DNA from: Puniceicoccaceae bacterium
GTDB taxonomy: Bacteria; Verrucomicrobiota; Verrucomicrobiia; Opitutales; Coraliomargaritaceae
Direction: 5' to 3'
Length of the DNA stretch: 46,862 nt
Assembly (NCBI GenBank): GCA_007692545.1
Contig: REBV01000158.1
Span: forward strand, 1-46,862
The notes under the pieces were generated by a model, which was not told where the DNA came from, ran no database searches, and worked only from the letters and a program-made list of their open reading frames with translations. The position numbers and the translations under genes were made by a program. Shown piece by piece: positions 8,766 through 17,716 of the stretch (positions within the stretch are counted from its first letter, which is position 1; every line of letters begins with the position of its first letter).

Positions 8766-9605
8766 ATGCTCACTGTCCGCGAAATCAAAGCCCGCACCGA
8801 GACCTTCTTGACTCAGAAGGGCGTGCCCAATGCCAAGCTGGATACGGATATTTTGATCGCACACTCACTTGGGCTCAAGCGGCTGGATCTCTACCTCGAC
8901 CTCGACCGTCCGCTGACCGAGGCCCAGCTGGATGCGCTGCGTCCACTGGTCAAACGCCGGGCGGGCCGAGAGCCGCTCCAATACATCGTGGGCAGCACTG
9001 AATTTTATGGACTCACCCTCAAAGTGGATGCGCGCGCACTCATCCCCCGTCACGAGACGGAGGAGCTGGTCGACCGTATCTTCGCGCACCTGACCACGGC
9101 ACCCCAGTCCATCCTGGACCTGGGGACGGGGAGTGGGGCGCTGGCCTTGGCGCTGGCTAGCAAATACCTCAATGCAGCCGTTACTGCGATCGACCTGAGC
9201 GCGGATGCGCTCGCGCTTGCGCGGGAGAATGCCGCTGCCCTGGGGCTGACCGATCGAATTCAGTTTCTTGAAGGCAGTTGGTTGGAGCCCTTGGCGGGTG
9301 AGGCCCGCTTCGATCTGATCGTGGCCAACCCCCCCTATCTAACCGAGGCGGAGATGGAGACGGCCGAGCCGGAAGTGGTCCTGCACGAGCCGCACAGTGC
9401 GCTGGTTTCAGGCGGTGAGGGTCTGGATGATTTGCGGCATATTTTGGCATCGGCTAAAGATTTCCTCAACCCAGGCGGACACCTTGCGATGGAGACGGGC
9501 ATTGCCCAGCACGCGGCGCTCAAACAGCTCGCCGAGACTCACGGTCTGACGGGTGAGAGCATGGAAGATATGAGCGGGCGCCCCCGCTTTTTCTTGGTTC
9601 ACTAA
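8766..9605 (+). CDS. prmC: Release factor glutamine methyltransferase PrmC/HemK
   Basis: [21 protein letters not shown] motif LDLGTGSG and NPPY motif. Confidence 0.95.
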   Translation: MLTVREIKARTETFLTQKGVPNAKLDTDILIAHSLGLKRLDLYLDLDRPLTEAQLDALRPLVKRRAGREPLQYIVGSTEFYGLTLKVDARALIPRHETEELVDRIFAHLTTAPQSILDLGTGSGALALALASKYLNAAVTAIDLSADALALARENAAALGLTDRIQFLEGSWLEPLAGEARFDLIVANPPYLTEAEMETAEPEVVLHEPHSALVSGGEGLDDLRHILASAKDFLNPGGHLAMETGIAQHAALKQLAETHGLTGESMEDMSGRPRFFLVH

Positions 9606-9650
9606 CGGAGCTTGAAATAAGTTTTTACGGGCCATATTGAATCTTGAAAA

Positions 9651-9811
9651 GTGGTGTGCTCGCTCTTGTCCGGCGTCTTGTCCGGCGTAGCTCGTAGAGC
9701 GAAGACGGAAGCTCGTAGAGCGAAGAGGGTTGCGAGCCCCTGCAGCGTTGTTGGCCTACGGAGCTTTCAGTGCGCTGTGGCAACGCAGGCGTCCGCGAGC
9801 GGACACGCCAC
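9651..9811. repeat. REPIN-like inverted REP pair; the left REP carries a nested 2x mini-element (9665-9730)
   Basis: Left: GTGGTGTGCTCGCT[insert]TGCGAGC. Right: CAGGCGTCCGCGAGCGGACACGCCACG. Insert is 2 x CTTGTCCGGCGT plus 2 x AGCTCGTAGAGCGAAGA(C/G)GG(A/T), exactly 66 bp. Confidence 0.85.
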
Positions 9812-9882
9812 GTGAACAGTGAAATATTTACATGTTACAGGGCACTAGCACGCCTATCCTGCGACTAAGCCGTTTGAAAAGC

Positions 9883-11571
9883 CTATCCGGCCAGCGGCAG
9901 CCAAAAGCGGAAGCTGCTGCCCTCGGCGGAGGAGTGCAGGAGTTCGATATCACCACGGTGAGCGCGCAGGATGCGCTTGCTAATGGACAGGCCGAGTCCG
10001 GTGCCATCGGGACGATTGGTTAGGAAAGATTCGAAGATATCTTCGCGAATCGAATCAGGGATGCCACCCCCATTGTCGGAGATCGTTACGAGTGCACAGT
10101 CTGCATCCCGTGAGCTCTCGATGCAGATGCGCCCGCCCTCGGGCATGGCTTGGGTGGCGTTGAGCATGAGGTTGAGCAGCACTTGCAGGATCTGTCCTTT
10201 ATTGACGTCGACCCGGAGCGCTTCCTCGCTTGGCTCAAACAGCAGCTCAATCTTTTGTTGGTGCATCTTCAGGCGGACGAGCTTGAGTGTATCGGCGACG
10301 AGACTATTTAAATTTTGTCGGGTATGCATGCCTTCGCGCGTGCGTCCGAAGCTCAGCACCCGTTCGACGATCTCTTCCAGTTGATCGAGTTTCTCGGTGA
10401 TAACGGCAGTATCGGTATGCCGTGGATCCTGCTCGTCGAACTGCAGGTCGAGCGAGTCAAAGAGTAGCTTGATCACGGTCAGCGGGTTGCGTATCTCGTG
10501 CGCGATTTCGGCGGCGAGCATGCCGAGTGTAGTTAGCTTTTCATTACGCCGCAGAGACTCCTCGCTGGCGAAAATGCGTGAGTAGAGGCGGGCATTTTGG
10601 ATGGCAATCGCGCCGATGCCCGCGAGCGTGGTGAAGGCATTTTTCTCATCGTTATTGAAACGGTGCGAGTGATCGGTGTAGGCGATGATGACTCCGATCA
10701 GTTCGTCGCCAAAAATGATTGGTGAGGCCAGCATCGAGACAAAGCCCTCGCGCTGAATAGTGGCAATGAAATCATTTTCTTCGGTGAATTTGAGATCATG
10801 CACCTCGACTTGCTTGCGCCGATAGATGGCTGAACCGAGCGCACTGTGGTCGAGCGGGATATGCTCTTGCAGCGGGATTTTCCCGTTGGCCGTGATGAGA
10901 CTGTGGAGGTCGAGATGCCTTCCGTCCGAGCTGATGAGGAAGAGCGCACCGCCTGCGCAGTCGATGAGTTGCCGCGCCTGACTCGCCAGTCCTTGCATCA
11001 GCTCATCCCCATCCAGTTCGCCGACGAGCTCCTGGCTCATCCCGACTAGAGACTCCAGCTGTTTGGCTTTGGTCCGCAGTTGCTGGATCATCCAGAGTCG
11101 TGAGACGACACGAGCAGCCTCATTGGTCAGCAGTGTGAGAATTTTCAGGGAGGATTCATTAAAAGCGGCCACTTGATCGCTGTCCACATTGACCACCCCA
11201 ACAACCATGCCGTGATCCTCCATGGGAACGGCCATTTCCGAGCGGATGTTCGGGCGCACGGAGATGTAGCGGGGCTCGTCGCGCACGTCGTCGACGATCA
11301 GTGCGCGGGCGTGCAGGGCGGCCCAGCCGGTAATGCCTTGCCCGAGGGAGAGCTCCAGATCCTGCCAGTCCTCGGGCAAACCGTATGAAGCTTCCAGCTC
11401 GAGAGCCTTGGAGTCCGGGTTGATCAGTGAAATGGAAGCGCTGTTCGGCTGCAGCACGCGGACAATTTCATCGAGAATAAGCTGTAGCGCGACACGCGGC
11501 TCGTCCGTGTCAGAAACCAGGCTGCTGATGCGATAGAGCGAATCGATCGCGGTTTGTTCATGTGCATTCAT
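9883..11571 (-). CDS. Cytoplasmic GAF-GAF sensor histidine kinase
   Basis: Two GAF-like domains (GQGITGWAA, SEMAVPM; SMLASPI), H-box AHEIRNPL, N-box QVLLNLMLNA, G boxes DNGGGI and GTGLGL. No transmembrane segments. Confidence 0.9.
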   Translation of the reverse strand: MNAHEQTAIDSLYRISSLVSDTDEPRVALQLILDEIVRVLQPNSASISLINPDSKALELEASYGLPEDWQDLELSLGQGITGWAALHARALIVDDVRDEPRYISVRPNIRSEMAVPMEDHGMVVGVVNVDSDQVAAFNESSLKILTLLTNEAARVVSRLWMIQQLRTKAKQLESLVGMSQELVGELDGDELMQGLASQARQLIDCAGGALFLISSDGRHLDLHSLITANGKIPLQEHIPLDHSALGSAIYRRKQVEVHDLKFTEENDFIATIQREGFVSMLASPIIFGDELIGVIIAYTDHSHRFNNDEKNAFTTLAGIGAIAIQNARLYSRIFASEESLRRNEKLTTLGMLAAEIAHEIRNPLTVIKLLFDSLDLQFDEQDPRHTDTAVITEKLDQLEEIVERVLSFGRTREGMHTRQNLNSLVADTLKLVRLKMHQQKIELLFEPSEEALRVDVNKGQILQVLLNLMLNATQAMPEGGRICIESSRDADCALVTISDNGGGIPDSIREDIFESFLTNRPDGTGLGLSISKRILRAHRGDIELLHSSAEGSSFRFWLPLAG

Positions 11572-11667
11572 TTGGTATAAAATATCGAAGACGGGCAAGG
11601 TGCGTCGCGCATGCTTCATTCGTGCAGTGTGCCCCTAAATGGCGCTTCCTGTAAACGAAAAGAATTC

Positions 11668-11696
11668 TTGACCCGGTTTTATGCTAGCATTTTAAT
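11668..11696 (+). promoter_or_regulatory. Sigma70-type promoter with a palindromic operator for the vapBC-like operon
   Basis: TTGACC (11668-11673), 17-nt spacer, TTTAAT (11691-11696). Perfect palindrome ATGCTAGCAT at 11681-11690 inside the spacer. Confidence 0.65.
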
Positions 11697-11702
11697 ACTG
11701 GT

Positions 11703-11945
11703 ATGAAATCGATACACATAAGGCAAGTCGATGACGAAGTTCTTGACGCGCTGAAGCGGCGGGCTCGCCGCCATCGCCGTTCGCTGCAAAAAGAGATCGA
11801 ATCGCTACTGGTGGATGCGGCTCAGATGCTGCCCCCGGAAGCAGATGAGCCTTCCAGTCCTCTCGAATCAATTCGCACCGTTTCGACGGGTCAACCGGAC
11901 ATGACCTGGTCCAGAGAATCTCTTTACGGCGACGATGGAAGATAA
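11703..11945 (+). CDS. FitA/Arc-like ribbon-helix-helix antitoxin
   Basis: MKSIHIRQVDDEVLDALKRRARRHRRSLQKE pattern; overlaps the downstream PIN gene. Confidence 0.85.
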   Translation: MKSIHIRQVDDEVLDALKRRARRHRRSLQKEIESLLVDAAQMLPPEADEPSSPLESIRTVSTGQPDMTWSRESLYGDDGR

Positions 11946-12384
11946 ACGCGTCTTTGTTGATACCAACATTCTGCTGGCAGCCACAGATACTGATCGCGAG
12001 CACCATGCAGATGCAAAGTCGTTTCTCGAAGGTTCGTTTTCCGGGGCTTGGCGTGCTTTTGCCTGTCCGCAAATCTTTCGTGAATATTTGGTTGTAGCCA
12101 CTCGTCCAGTGAAGAATAACGGCTTAGGCCTGAGCCCGGCGGAGGCTTGTGGAAATGTGGAGACTTTTCAAAAGCTGGTGCAGACTCTATCGGAAGGCCC
12201 GTCCTCCCAGGAAAAGCTCGCGGCATTGATCCTCCGGCACAATCTCAAGGGGAAGCGAATTCACGATGCCAACCTGGTGGCAACCATGGAAGCGCACGGT
12301 CTTCGGCTCTTAAAAACCTATAATCCACAGGATTTTCGTCCGTTTGCGCAAATTTCTCTTTTGGGTCATTCTTTAAATCAGTAG
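11935..12384 (+). CDS. vapC: PIN-domain ribonuclease toxin (VapC family)
   Basis: VFVDTNIL, Q.FREY, IHDANLVA and TYNPQDF acidic PIN motifs. Confidence 0.9.
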   Translation: MEDKRVFVDTNILLAATDTDREHHADAKSFLEGSFSGAWRAFACPQIFREYLVVATRPVKNNGLGLSPAEACGNVETFQKLVQTLSEGPSSQEKLAALILRHNLKGKRIHDANLVATMEAHGLRLLKTYNPQDFRPFAQISLLGHSLNQ

Positions 12385-12397
12385 GCAGTAACGGGGT

Positions 12398-14164
12398 ATG
12401 AACAAAGCTGAGATTGTAGAGGTGCTCGAAGACATTGCGGTTCTTCTTGAATTAAAGGGGGAGAATCCCTTCAAAATACGCGCTTATGCGACTGGCGCAC
12501 GGGCGCTGGATACGATGGAGGACGATCTGGGTGCGGTCATTGGGGAGGGGCGGCTCGGCTCAATCAAGGGGATCGGCTCGGCCCTGGTGGATAAAATCGA
12601 AACGCTCCACGCTACAGGCGAATTGGAATACTACACCAAACTGCGCGAATCGGTAGCGCCTGGTCTGATCGAAATGTTGGACATCCCGGGCTTAGGCGGG
12701 AAAAAAGTTAAAAAGCTGCACGATGCTTTGGGACTGGACAGTATTGAGGGGCTGAAACGCGCGTGTGAAGCGGGTGAGGTGGCCGCATTGAAAGGCTTTG
12801 GCGCGAAGTCGGAGGAAAAAATCCTAAGCGGCATCGCGAATCGGGCTGCCTACGCGCAGCGGCATCTTTGGTGGGACGCGCGGGCCGTGGCCGAGCCGAT
12901 TCTGGAGGGCCTGCGCGCCTTGCCTGAAGTGGAGCGGGCGGAGGCGGCGGGCAGTCTGCGCCGACTCAGAGAAACCGTGGGCGATCTCGACTTCATTGTG
13001 GCCTCGGCTAAGCCACAGGCAGTTATGGATTGGTTCGTCGGGCAGGCGGGGGTGAGCGAAGTCACCGCGCAGGGCACGACGAAGTCCAGCGTTCGCTTCG
13101 ATTCAGGCATGCAGGCGGATCTGCGGGTCGTGCCGACCGAGCAGTTTGCTTTCGCGCTGCACCATTTCACCGGCTCGAAGGAGCACAACGTGGCCATGCG
13201 GCAGCGGGCTCTGGCCCAAGGCTACAGTTTGAGCGAGTGGGGGCTGGCCTTGCGGAGTGAAAGTGAAAGTGAAAGTGAGAGTGGGCGGATCCAAACGGAG
13301 GACCAACTGTTTGGGTTTCTCGGGCTGCGGGAGATTCCTCCTGAGTTGCGTGAAGGCATGGGGGAGTTGGAGATGTATACAATTATCAATGAGGCCGGAA
13401 AAGGGGACGGTGAGGACACCATCCCTCCGTTATTGGAAGCGTCGCAGATTAAGGGCGTTTTTCACAACCACACGACGGCCTCGGATGGGCGGGCGACGTT
13501 GGAGGAGATGGCTGCCGGGGCCGAGGCTTTCGGTTGGGATTACCTCGGCATTGCGGATCATTCCAAGGCGAGCTATCAAGCGAAGGGCCTGGATGATGCG
13601 CGGGTGTTGCAGTTGATCGAGTCGATCCGTGCTTTTAATGAATCCGGTGAATCGGCGGTGCATGTGTTCTCCGGGATTGAGTGTGATATTCTACCCGATG
13701 GCTCACTGGATCTGGAGGCAGCCACTTTGCGCGCGCTGGACTACACCGTGATGTCGGTCCATTCGAGTTTCGGCCAATCCGAGGAGGCGATGACCGCGCG
13801 GGTCATTCGCGCGATTGAGCATCCGGCTACCACCATGCTCGGGCACCCCACCGGACGCATTCTGCTCCGCCGAGAGCCCTACAAGATCGATTTAAAGAAA
13901 GTCATCGATGCCGCGATCGCCAATCGGGTCATCATCGAAATCAATGCGAATCCGCACCGGCTTGATATGGATTGGCGGCTTTGGCGGCGGGCAGCCGAGC
14001 GGGGCTTGATGTGTGCGATCAACCCGGACGCGCATAAGGTCGAAGGACTCGCTCACTTCGAGGCCGGAGTTAACATCGCCCGCAAAGGTGCCATCCCACC
14101 GGAACAGATCCTAAACTGCCGCGGTTGCGCCGGCGTGGCCCGCTGGTTCGCCGAGCGGCGGTAG
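12398..14164 (+). CDS. polX: DNA polymerase X family with PHP (3'-5' exonuclease) domain
   Basis: [10 protein letters not shown], HhH motifs, [28 protein letters not shown] motifs HNHT..SDG, ADHS, HPTGR, NPDAH. Confidence 0.95.
   Translation: MNKAEIVEVLEDIAVLLELKGENPFKIRAYATGARALDTMEDDLGAVIGEGRLGSIKGIGSALVDKIETLHATGELEYYTKLRESVAPGLIEMLDIPGLGGKKVKKLHDALGLDSIEGLKRACEAGEVAALKGFGAKSEEKILSGIANRAAYAQRHLWWDARAVAEPILEGLRALPEVERAEAAGSLRRLRETVGDLDFIVASAKPQAVMDWFVGQAGVSEVTAQGTTKSSVRFDSGMQADLRVVPTEQFAFALHHFTGSKEHNVAMRQRALAQGYSLSEWGLALRSESESESESGRIQTEDQLFGFLGLREIPPELREGMGELEMYTIINEAGKGDGEDTIPPLLEASQIKGVFHNHTTASDGRATLEEMAAGAEAFGWDYLGIADHSKASYQAKGLDDARVLQLIESIRAFNESGESAVHVFSGIECDILPDGSLDLEAATLRALDYTVMSVHSSFGQSEEAMTARVIRAIEHPATTMLGHPTGRILLRREPYKIDLKKVIDAAIANRVIIEINANPHRLDMDWRLWRRAAERGLMCAINPDAHKVEGLAHFEAGVNIARKGAIPPEQILNCRGCAGVARWFAERR
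13256..13282 (+). repeat. In-frame hexamer microsatellite (AGTGAA)n inside polX
   Basis: AGTGAA x3, AGTGAG, AGT, encoding SESESESES. Confidence 0.8.
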
Positions 14165-14287
14165 GGCAGGGGCATTTCATCTGGAGGTTTCAGGTAAGCG
14201 TGACGGCTTTAGCCGTTCTGGGCGGTAGTGTGCCTTCGGCACTTTGGGCTTCTTTTTCGTCTATGAGGGCAGTATATTTCCGACTCC

Positions 14288-14683
14288 ATGGAAATGTCGA
14301 AACAGCACGCCCTCGTTATGTGGATCATTTGGTTCGCTTACCTACAATCGGCTTTTATCTTTCAGATTTTTCTGGGGGGTGGCTTTTCTCTGGGTGATAA
14401 TGCCGAGGCTCCCATGGCGCTCTGGCTTTGGGTGATGAGTTTCATGCCTTTGATCGCAGCTACAGGTGTTCGCTGGTTAGTGATTCCAAAAATCAAAAGC
14501 ACTACGCCGCAGTTGATCGCCATGATCGTGGGCTTGGCCTTAGCGGAGATGTCCATTTTTGTTAGCATTTTCCTCGTCGGCCCCGATTATCCGCAATACC
14601 ATATTGCCATTCTGATGGTCGCGGTGGTCAGCCTCATCCAATTCGCCCCGAGCTACGCTACGCCGGGCTATAAGCAGGGATAA
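14288..14683 (+). CDS. Hypothetical membrane protein (about 4 TM helices)
   Basis: 131 aa, four hydrophobic segments, ATG start, fills the intergenic space. Confidence 0.75.
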   Translation: MEMSKQHALVMWIIWFAYLQSAFIFQIFLGGGFSLGDNAEAPMALWLWVMSFMPLIAATGVRWLVIPKIKSTTPQLIAMIVGLALAEMSIFVSIFLVGPDYPQYHIAILMVAVVSLIQFAPSYATPGYKQG

Positions 14684-14726
14684 GGCGGGCAGTCCGAGGG
14701 CATAAAAGGCTCAAGTAGCTTCTGGA

Positions 14727-14744
14727 GCCCCTCGGGAAAGGGGC
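14727..14744. terminator. GC-rich hairpin just 3' of the tRNA (possible terminator or processing stem)
   Basis: GCCCCT-CGGGAA-AGGGGC; there is no clear U-tract. Confidence 0.35.
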
Positions 14745-14745
14745 A

Positions 14746-14822
14746 TGGTGGGAGCTACAGAATTCGAATCTGCGACCTCATCCATGTCAAGGATGCGCTC
14801 TAACCAACTGAGCTAAGCCCCC
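14746..14822 (-). tRNA. tRNA-Val(GAC)
   Basis: Reverse complement GGGGGCTTAGCTCAGTTGGTTAGAGCGCATCCTTGACATGGATGAGGTCGCAGATTCGAATTCTGTAGCTCCCACCA folds as a cloverleaf: anticodon arm CATCC-TTGACAT-GGATG, TTCGAA T-loop, encoded CCA. Confidence 0.97.
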
Positions 14823-14913
14823 GTCACCATGCGAAAGGCGGGAATAAAGGTGGCTCATCCGGCTAAAGCAAGAAAAAATTTGCGCTATCCGAAGTGGCGG
14901 GAAAGCTGTCCCT

Positions 14914-15714
14914 ATGGAAATTGTTCGAGTGATGACACGGGATGGGGCGACGCATTATGGATGCGAGGTGGGGAACCAGGTCTTTCGCTTGAAGGGCGAG
15001 CTCTATGGGGACTTTTGTCAGAGTCAGGAATTGCTGGATCCGGTGCGCCGCTTGGCTCCGGTGGAGCCGAGTGCGATTTATGCGATCGGGCTCAATTATC
15101 GCGCGCACGCAGAGGAAATGCAGGCGGAAGTGCCGGAATACCCGGTCGTCTTTATGAAAGGCACGACCTCAGTACTGGATCCGGGCCAGCCGATCATCTT
15201 ACCGAGGCATTTGCATAGCGACCAGGTCGACTACGAGTGTGAGCTGGCAGTCATCATTGGGAAGCGTTGTAAAAATGTCGCGGCAAAAGATGCGCTCGAC
15301 TACGTTCTCGGCTATACCTGCGCCAATGATGTGAGTGCCCGTGATTGGCAGAAATCACATGGGGGTGGCCAGTGGACTAAGGGCAAGGGCTTCGACAGCT
15401 TTTGTCCACTCGGGCCGATTCTGGTGACCGCCGACCGTATTCCAAATCCCCAGATTTTGCCCATTCGGACCATATTGAATGGAGAGCTTCGGCAGGAGTC
15501 TTTCACTGGAGATATGATTTTTCCGGTCGCTCAATTGATTGAGTTTCTCAGCGCCAGCACAACGCTGCTGCCTGGCACAGTGATCCTTACGGGGACGCCT
15601 CCGGGTGTCGGCATGGCTGCCGATCCACCGCGCTTCCTCAAGCCGGGCGATGAGGTGATGATCGAAATCACCGGGATCGGGGTGCTGCACAACCCCGTCG
15701 AAGCCGAGGTGTAG
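14914..15714 (+). CDS. Fumarylacetoacetate hydrolase family protein
   Basis: [54 protein letters not shown]. Confidence 0.93.
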   Translation: MEIVRVMTRDGATHYGCEVGNQVFRLKGELYGDFCQSQELLDPVRRLAPVEPSAIYAIGLNYRAHAEEMQAEVPEYPVVFMKGTTSVLDPGQPIILPRHLHSDQVDYECELAVIIGKRCKNVAAKDALDYVLGYTCANDVSARDWQKSHGGGQWTKGKGFDSFCPLGPILVTADRIPNPQILPIRTILNGELRQESFTGDMIFPVAQLIEFLSASTTLLPGTVILTGTPPGVGMAADPPRFLKPGDEVMIEITGIGVLHNPVEAEV

Positions 15715-15753
15715 CTCAATGGTATGCCAAAAGCCACCCCCTCGGTCTGGCTT

Positions 15754-15837
15754 GTATCCCGCATCCCGTATCCCGCATCCCGCACCTCGCATCCCACATC
15801 TCGTATCCCGCATCTCGCCTCCCGTATCTCGAATCCC
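15754..15837. repeat. Tandem array of 12 degenerate heptamers (consensus GYATCYC)
   Basis: GTATCCC GCATCCC GTATCCC GCATCCC GCACCTC GCATCCC ACATCTC GTATCCC GCATCTC GCCTCCC GTATCTC GAATCCC. Confidence 0.9.
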
Positions 15838-15888
15838 ACATGCAGCTTTCTGCTCGACGGCGATTCTGCATCGTCTATCAAGAAGGCC

Positions 15889-16674
15889 ATGTCGGCTACA
15901 GTATTCACCATTGCGAATCAAAAGGGCGGCGTTGGTAAAACAACGACAGCCATCAATCTCAGCTATGCGCTGGCCGATAAGGGTGTGCGCACAGTCCTGG
16001 TCGATCTCGATCCGCAGGCGAATGCTACCAGCGGACTCGGCCTCGAAAAGCTGGAGGGGGGCAGCCTCTACGGCCCTCTGTGTGGCGAGGGCACGGCCCT
16101 GGAAAAGGTTCAGCCCGTCGGTGCCAGCGATTGCCTCTTCATCATCCCCTCCGAGGTCGATATGGCAGCCATCGAAATCGAGCTGGTTCAGCGAGACAAT
16201 TATCTCATCCAGCTGCGCGAGGTATTGCAGCCACTGCGTGATTCGGATGACTACGATGTCATCGTGCTCGATTGCCCTCCGGCACTCGGCATGCTTTCGA
16301 TGAACAGCCTGGCGGCGGCAGATTACCTACTCATCGCGCTCCAGTGTGAATACCTGGCCATGGAAGGCCTCGGGCAAATACTCAAGGTGGTTGATAAGCT
16401 CCGTGAGGCCGGGGTGAATGACGACCTTCAGCTCGGCGGCATTCTGATGACCATGTTTGACCAGCGGACCAACCTGGGCCAACAGGTCGTAGGTGAGGTG
16501 CGCAACCACTTTGATGAATTGGTCTTTCGCAGCATGATTCCGCGCTCCGTGCGTCTGAGTGAAGCGCCCAGCTTTGGCCAGTCCATCTTTGAATACGAAC
16601 CCAACAGCAGCGGGGCGCATGCCTACCGCTACTTCGCCGAAGAAGTGATCGAACGCTTCAAGCTCGGCAATTAG
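15889..16674 (+). CDS. parA: ParA/Soj family ATPase
   Basis: Deviant Walker A ANQKGGVGKTTT, DLDPQANAT, LDCPP, QCEY, RLSEAPSFG. Start at MSATVF; the longer ORF runs through the heptamer repeat. Confidence 0.92.
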   Translation: MSATVFTIANQKGGVGKTTTAINLSYALADKGVRTVLVDLDPQANATSGLGLEKLEGGSLYGPLCGEGTALEKVQPVGASDCLFIIPSEVDMAAIEIELVQRDNYLIQLREVLQPLRDSDDYDVIVLDCPPALGMLSMNSLAAADYLLIALQCEYLAMEGLGQILKVVDKLREAGVNDDLQLGGILMTMFDQRTNLGQQVVGEVRNHFDELVFRSMIPRSVRLSEAPSFGQSIFEYEPNSSGAHAYRYFAEEVIERFKLGN

Positions 16675-16707
16675 AAGGGGAATAGATGTTGTCGGAATCG
16701 TTCTTTC

Positions 16708-16736
16708 CGTGGCGTGCGAGCTTGCTCGCGCCTGCG
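16708..16736. repeat. Uninterrupted GTGG-type REP palindrome (empty form of the host at 4914-5063)
   Basis: CGTGGCGTGCGAGC-TT-GCTCGCGCCTG(CG). 26 of 27 nt are identical to the joined flanks of the 4926-5048 insert. Confidence 0.8.
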
Positions 16737-16786
16737 TCGGCATTATTAAATCTGGTGCTAGCTAGCTCACTGCGTTCCAAAACGGC

Positions 16787-17698
16787 ATGCCTAATCCAAT
16801 CCCACACCTCGATCAATTCGCCGATTACCTGGCGCATGAGCGACGCGTCTCGCCCTACACCCTGCGCAACTATCGTGCTGCCGTAGAGGCATTTGTAGGC
16901 TACCTTGAGGCATCCGGCAAGTGGACGGGCGATTTTGCCAGTGTTAAGCCGCTGCAGGTGCGTTCTTACTTGATCGAAGCGGGTCGCGCCAAAGCCCGGC
17001 GCACGCTTCACAACCAAGTATCCGGGCTGCGGGCATTCTATTTGTATTTGCGTCGGCAAGGTCGGGTTGAGAGTAACCCCTTTACCGGTTTGACGCTGCC
17101 AAAACTGGATAAGCCCCTACCCAAGTTTTTGACAGAGAGTCAGATGCGTAGTTTACTCAACGCGCCCATTCTCCTCTGGCAAGAAGGCAAGTTGGGGGAG
17201 TTCGAGGCCTTCCGTGATACACTCGCGTTGGAGCTCCTCTACGGTGGGGGGCTGCGGGTCAGTGAGCTCTGTGCCCTGAACCACGGTCAGGTCGATCTCG
17301 GCCAAGGCGTCGCCCGCGTCTTGGGCAAGGGCCGCAAAGGGCGCCTCTGCCCCCTTGGGCCAGTGGCCGTGCAATGCCTAAAAACCTTTGTTCAGCGCTT
17401 TGAATTGGAGGCGGCCCACAACGCTCCGGTTGTTTCGACTCGCCGGGGGCAACGTCTGGAGCCCCGCCAGGTTCAAAAAAGCCTCAAGACGCACCTGGCT
17501 GCAGCCAAACTCCCCCTGGATATGACGCCCCATAAGCTACGCCACTCCTTCGCCACCCACATGCTCGACCAAGGTGCCGACCTCCGGGCCGTGCAGGAAC
17601 TACTCGGCCATGCCAACCTATCGACCACCCAAATCTATACCCACGTCTCGATCGCCCGCCTCAAAGAAGCCCACAAACAAGCGCATCCTAGGGCGTAA
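16787..17698 (+). CDS. xerC: Tyrosine recombinase XerC
   Basis: SPYTLRNY, LLYGGGLRVSEL, GKGRK.R, PHKLRHSFATH, VQELLGHANLSTTQIYTH, HPRA C-terminus. Confidence 0.9.
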   Translation: MPNPIPHLDQFADYLAHERRVSPYTLRNYRAAVEAFVGYLEASGKWTGDFASVKPLQVRSYLIEAGRAKARRTLHNQVSGLRAFYLYLRRQGRVESNPFTGLTLPKLDKPLPKFLTESQMRSLLNAPILLWQEGKLGEFEAFRDTLALELLYGGGLRVSELCALNHGQVDLGQGVARVLGKGRKGRLCPLGPVAVQCLKTFVQRFELEAAHNAPVVSTRRGQRLEPRQVQKSLKTHLAAAKLPLDMTPHKLRHSFATHMLDQGADLRAVQELLGHANLSTTQIYTHVSIARLKEAHKQAHPRA

Positions 17699-17716
17699 TT
17701 GTTTAAATGCCGCGAT

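Noticed and set aside
15719-15888. Extended ParA N-terminus (SRIPYPASRTSHP...) and overlapping ORFs
   Set aside because: These derive from the heptamer repeat; the ParA fold begins at MSATVF.
14164-17698. Integrative element or prophage at tRNA-Val using the nearby tyrosine recombinase and ParA
   Set aside because: The recombinase has chromosomal XerC features. I saw no duplicated tRNA 3' end (att site) and no phage or conjugation genes.
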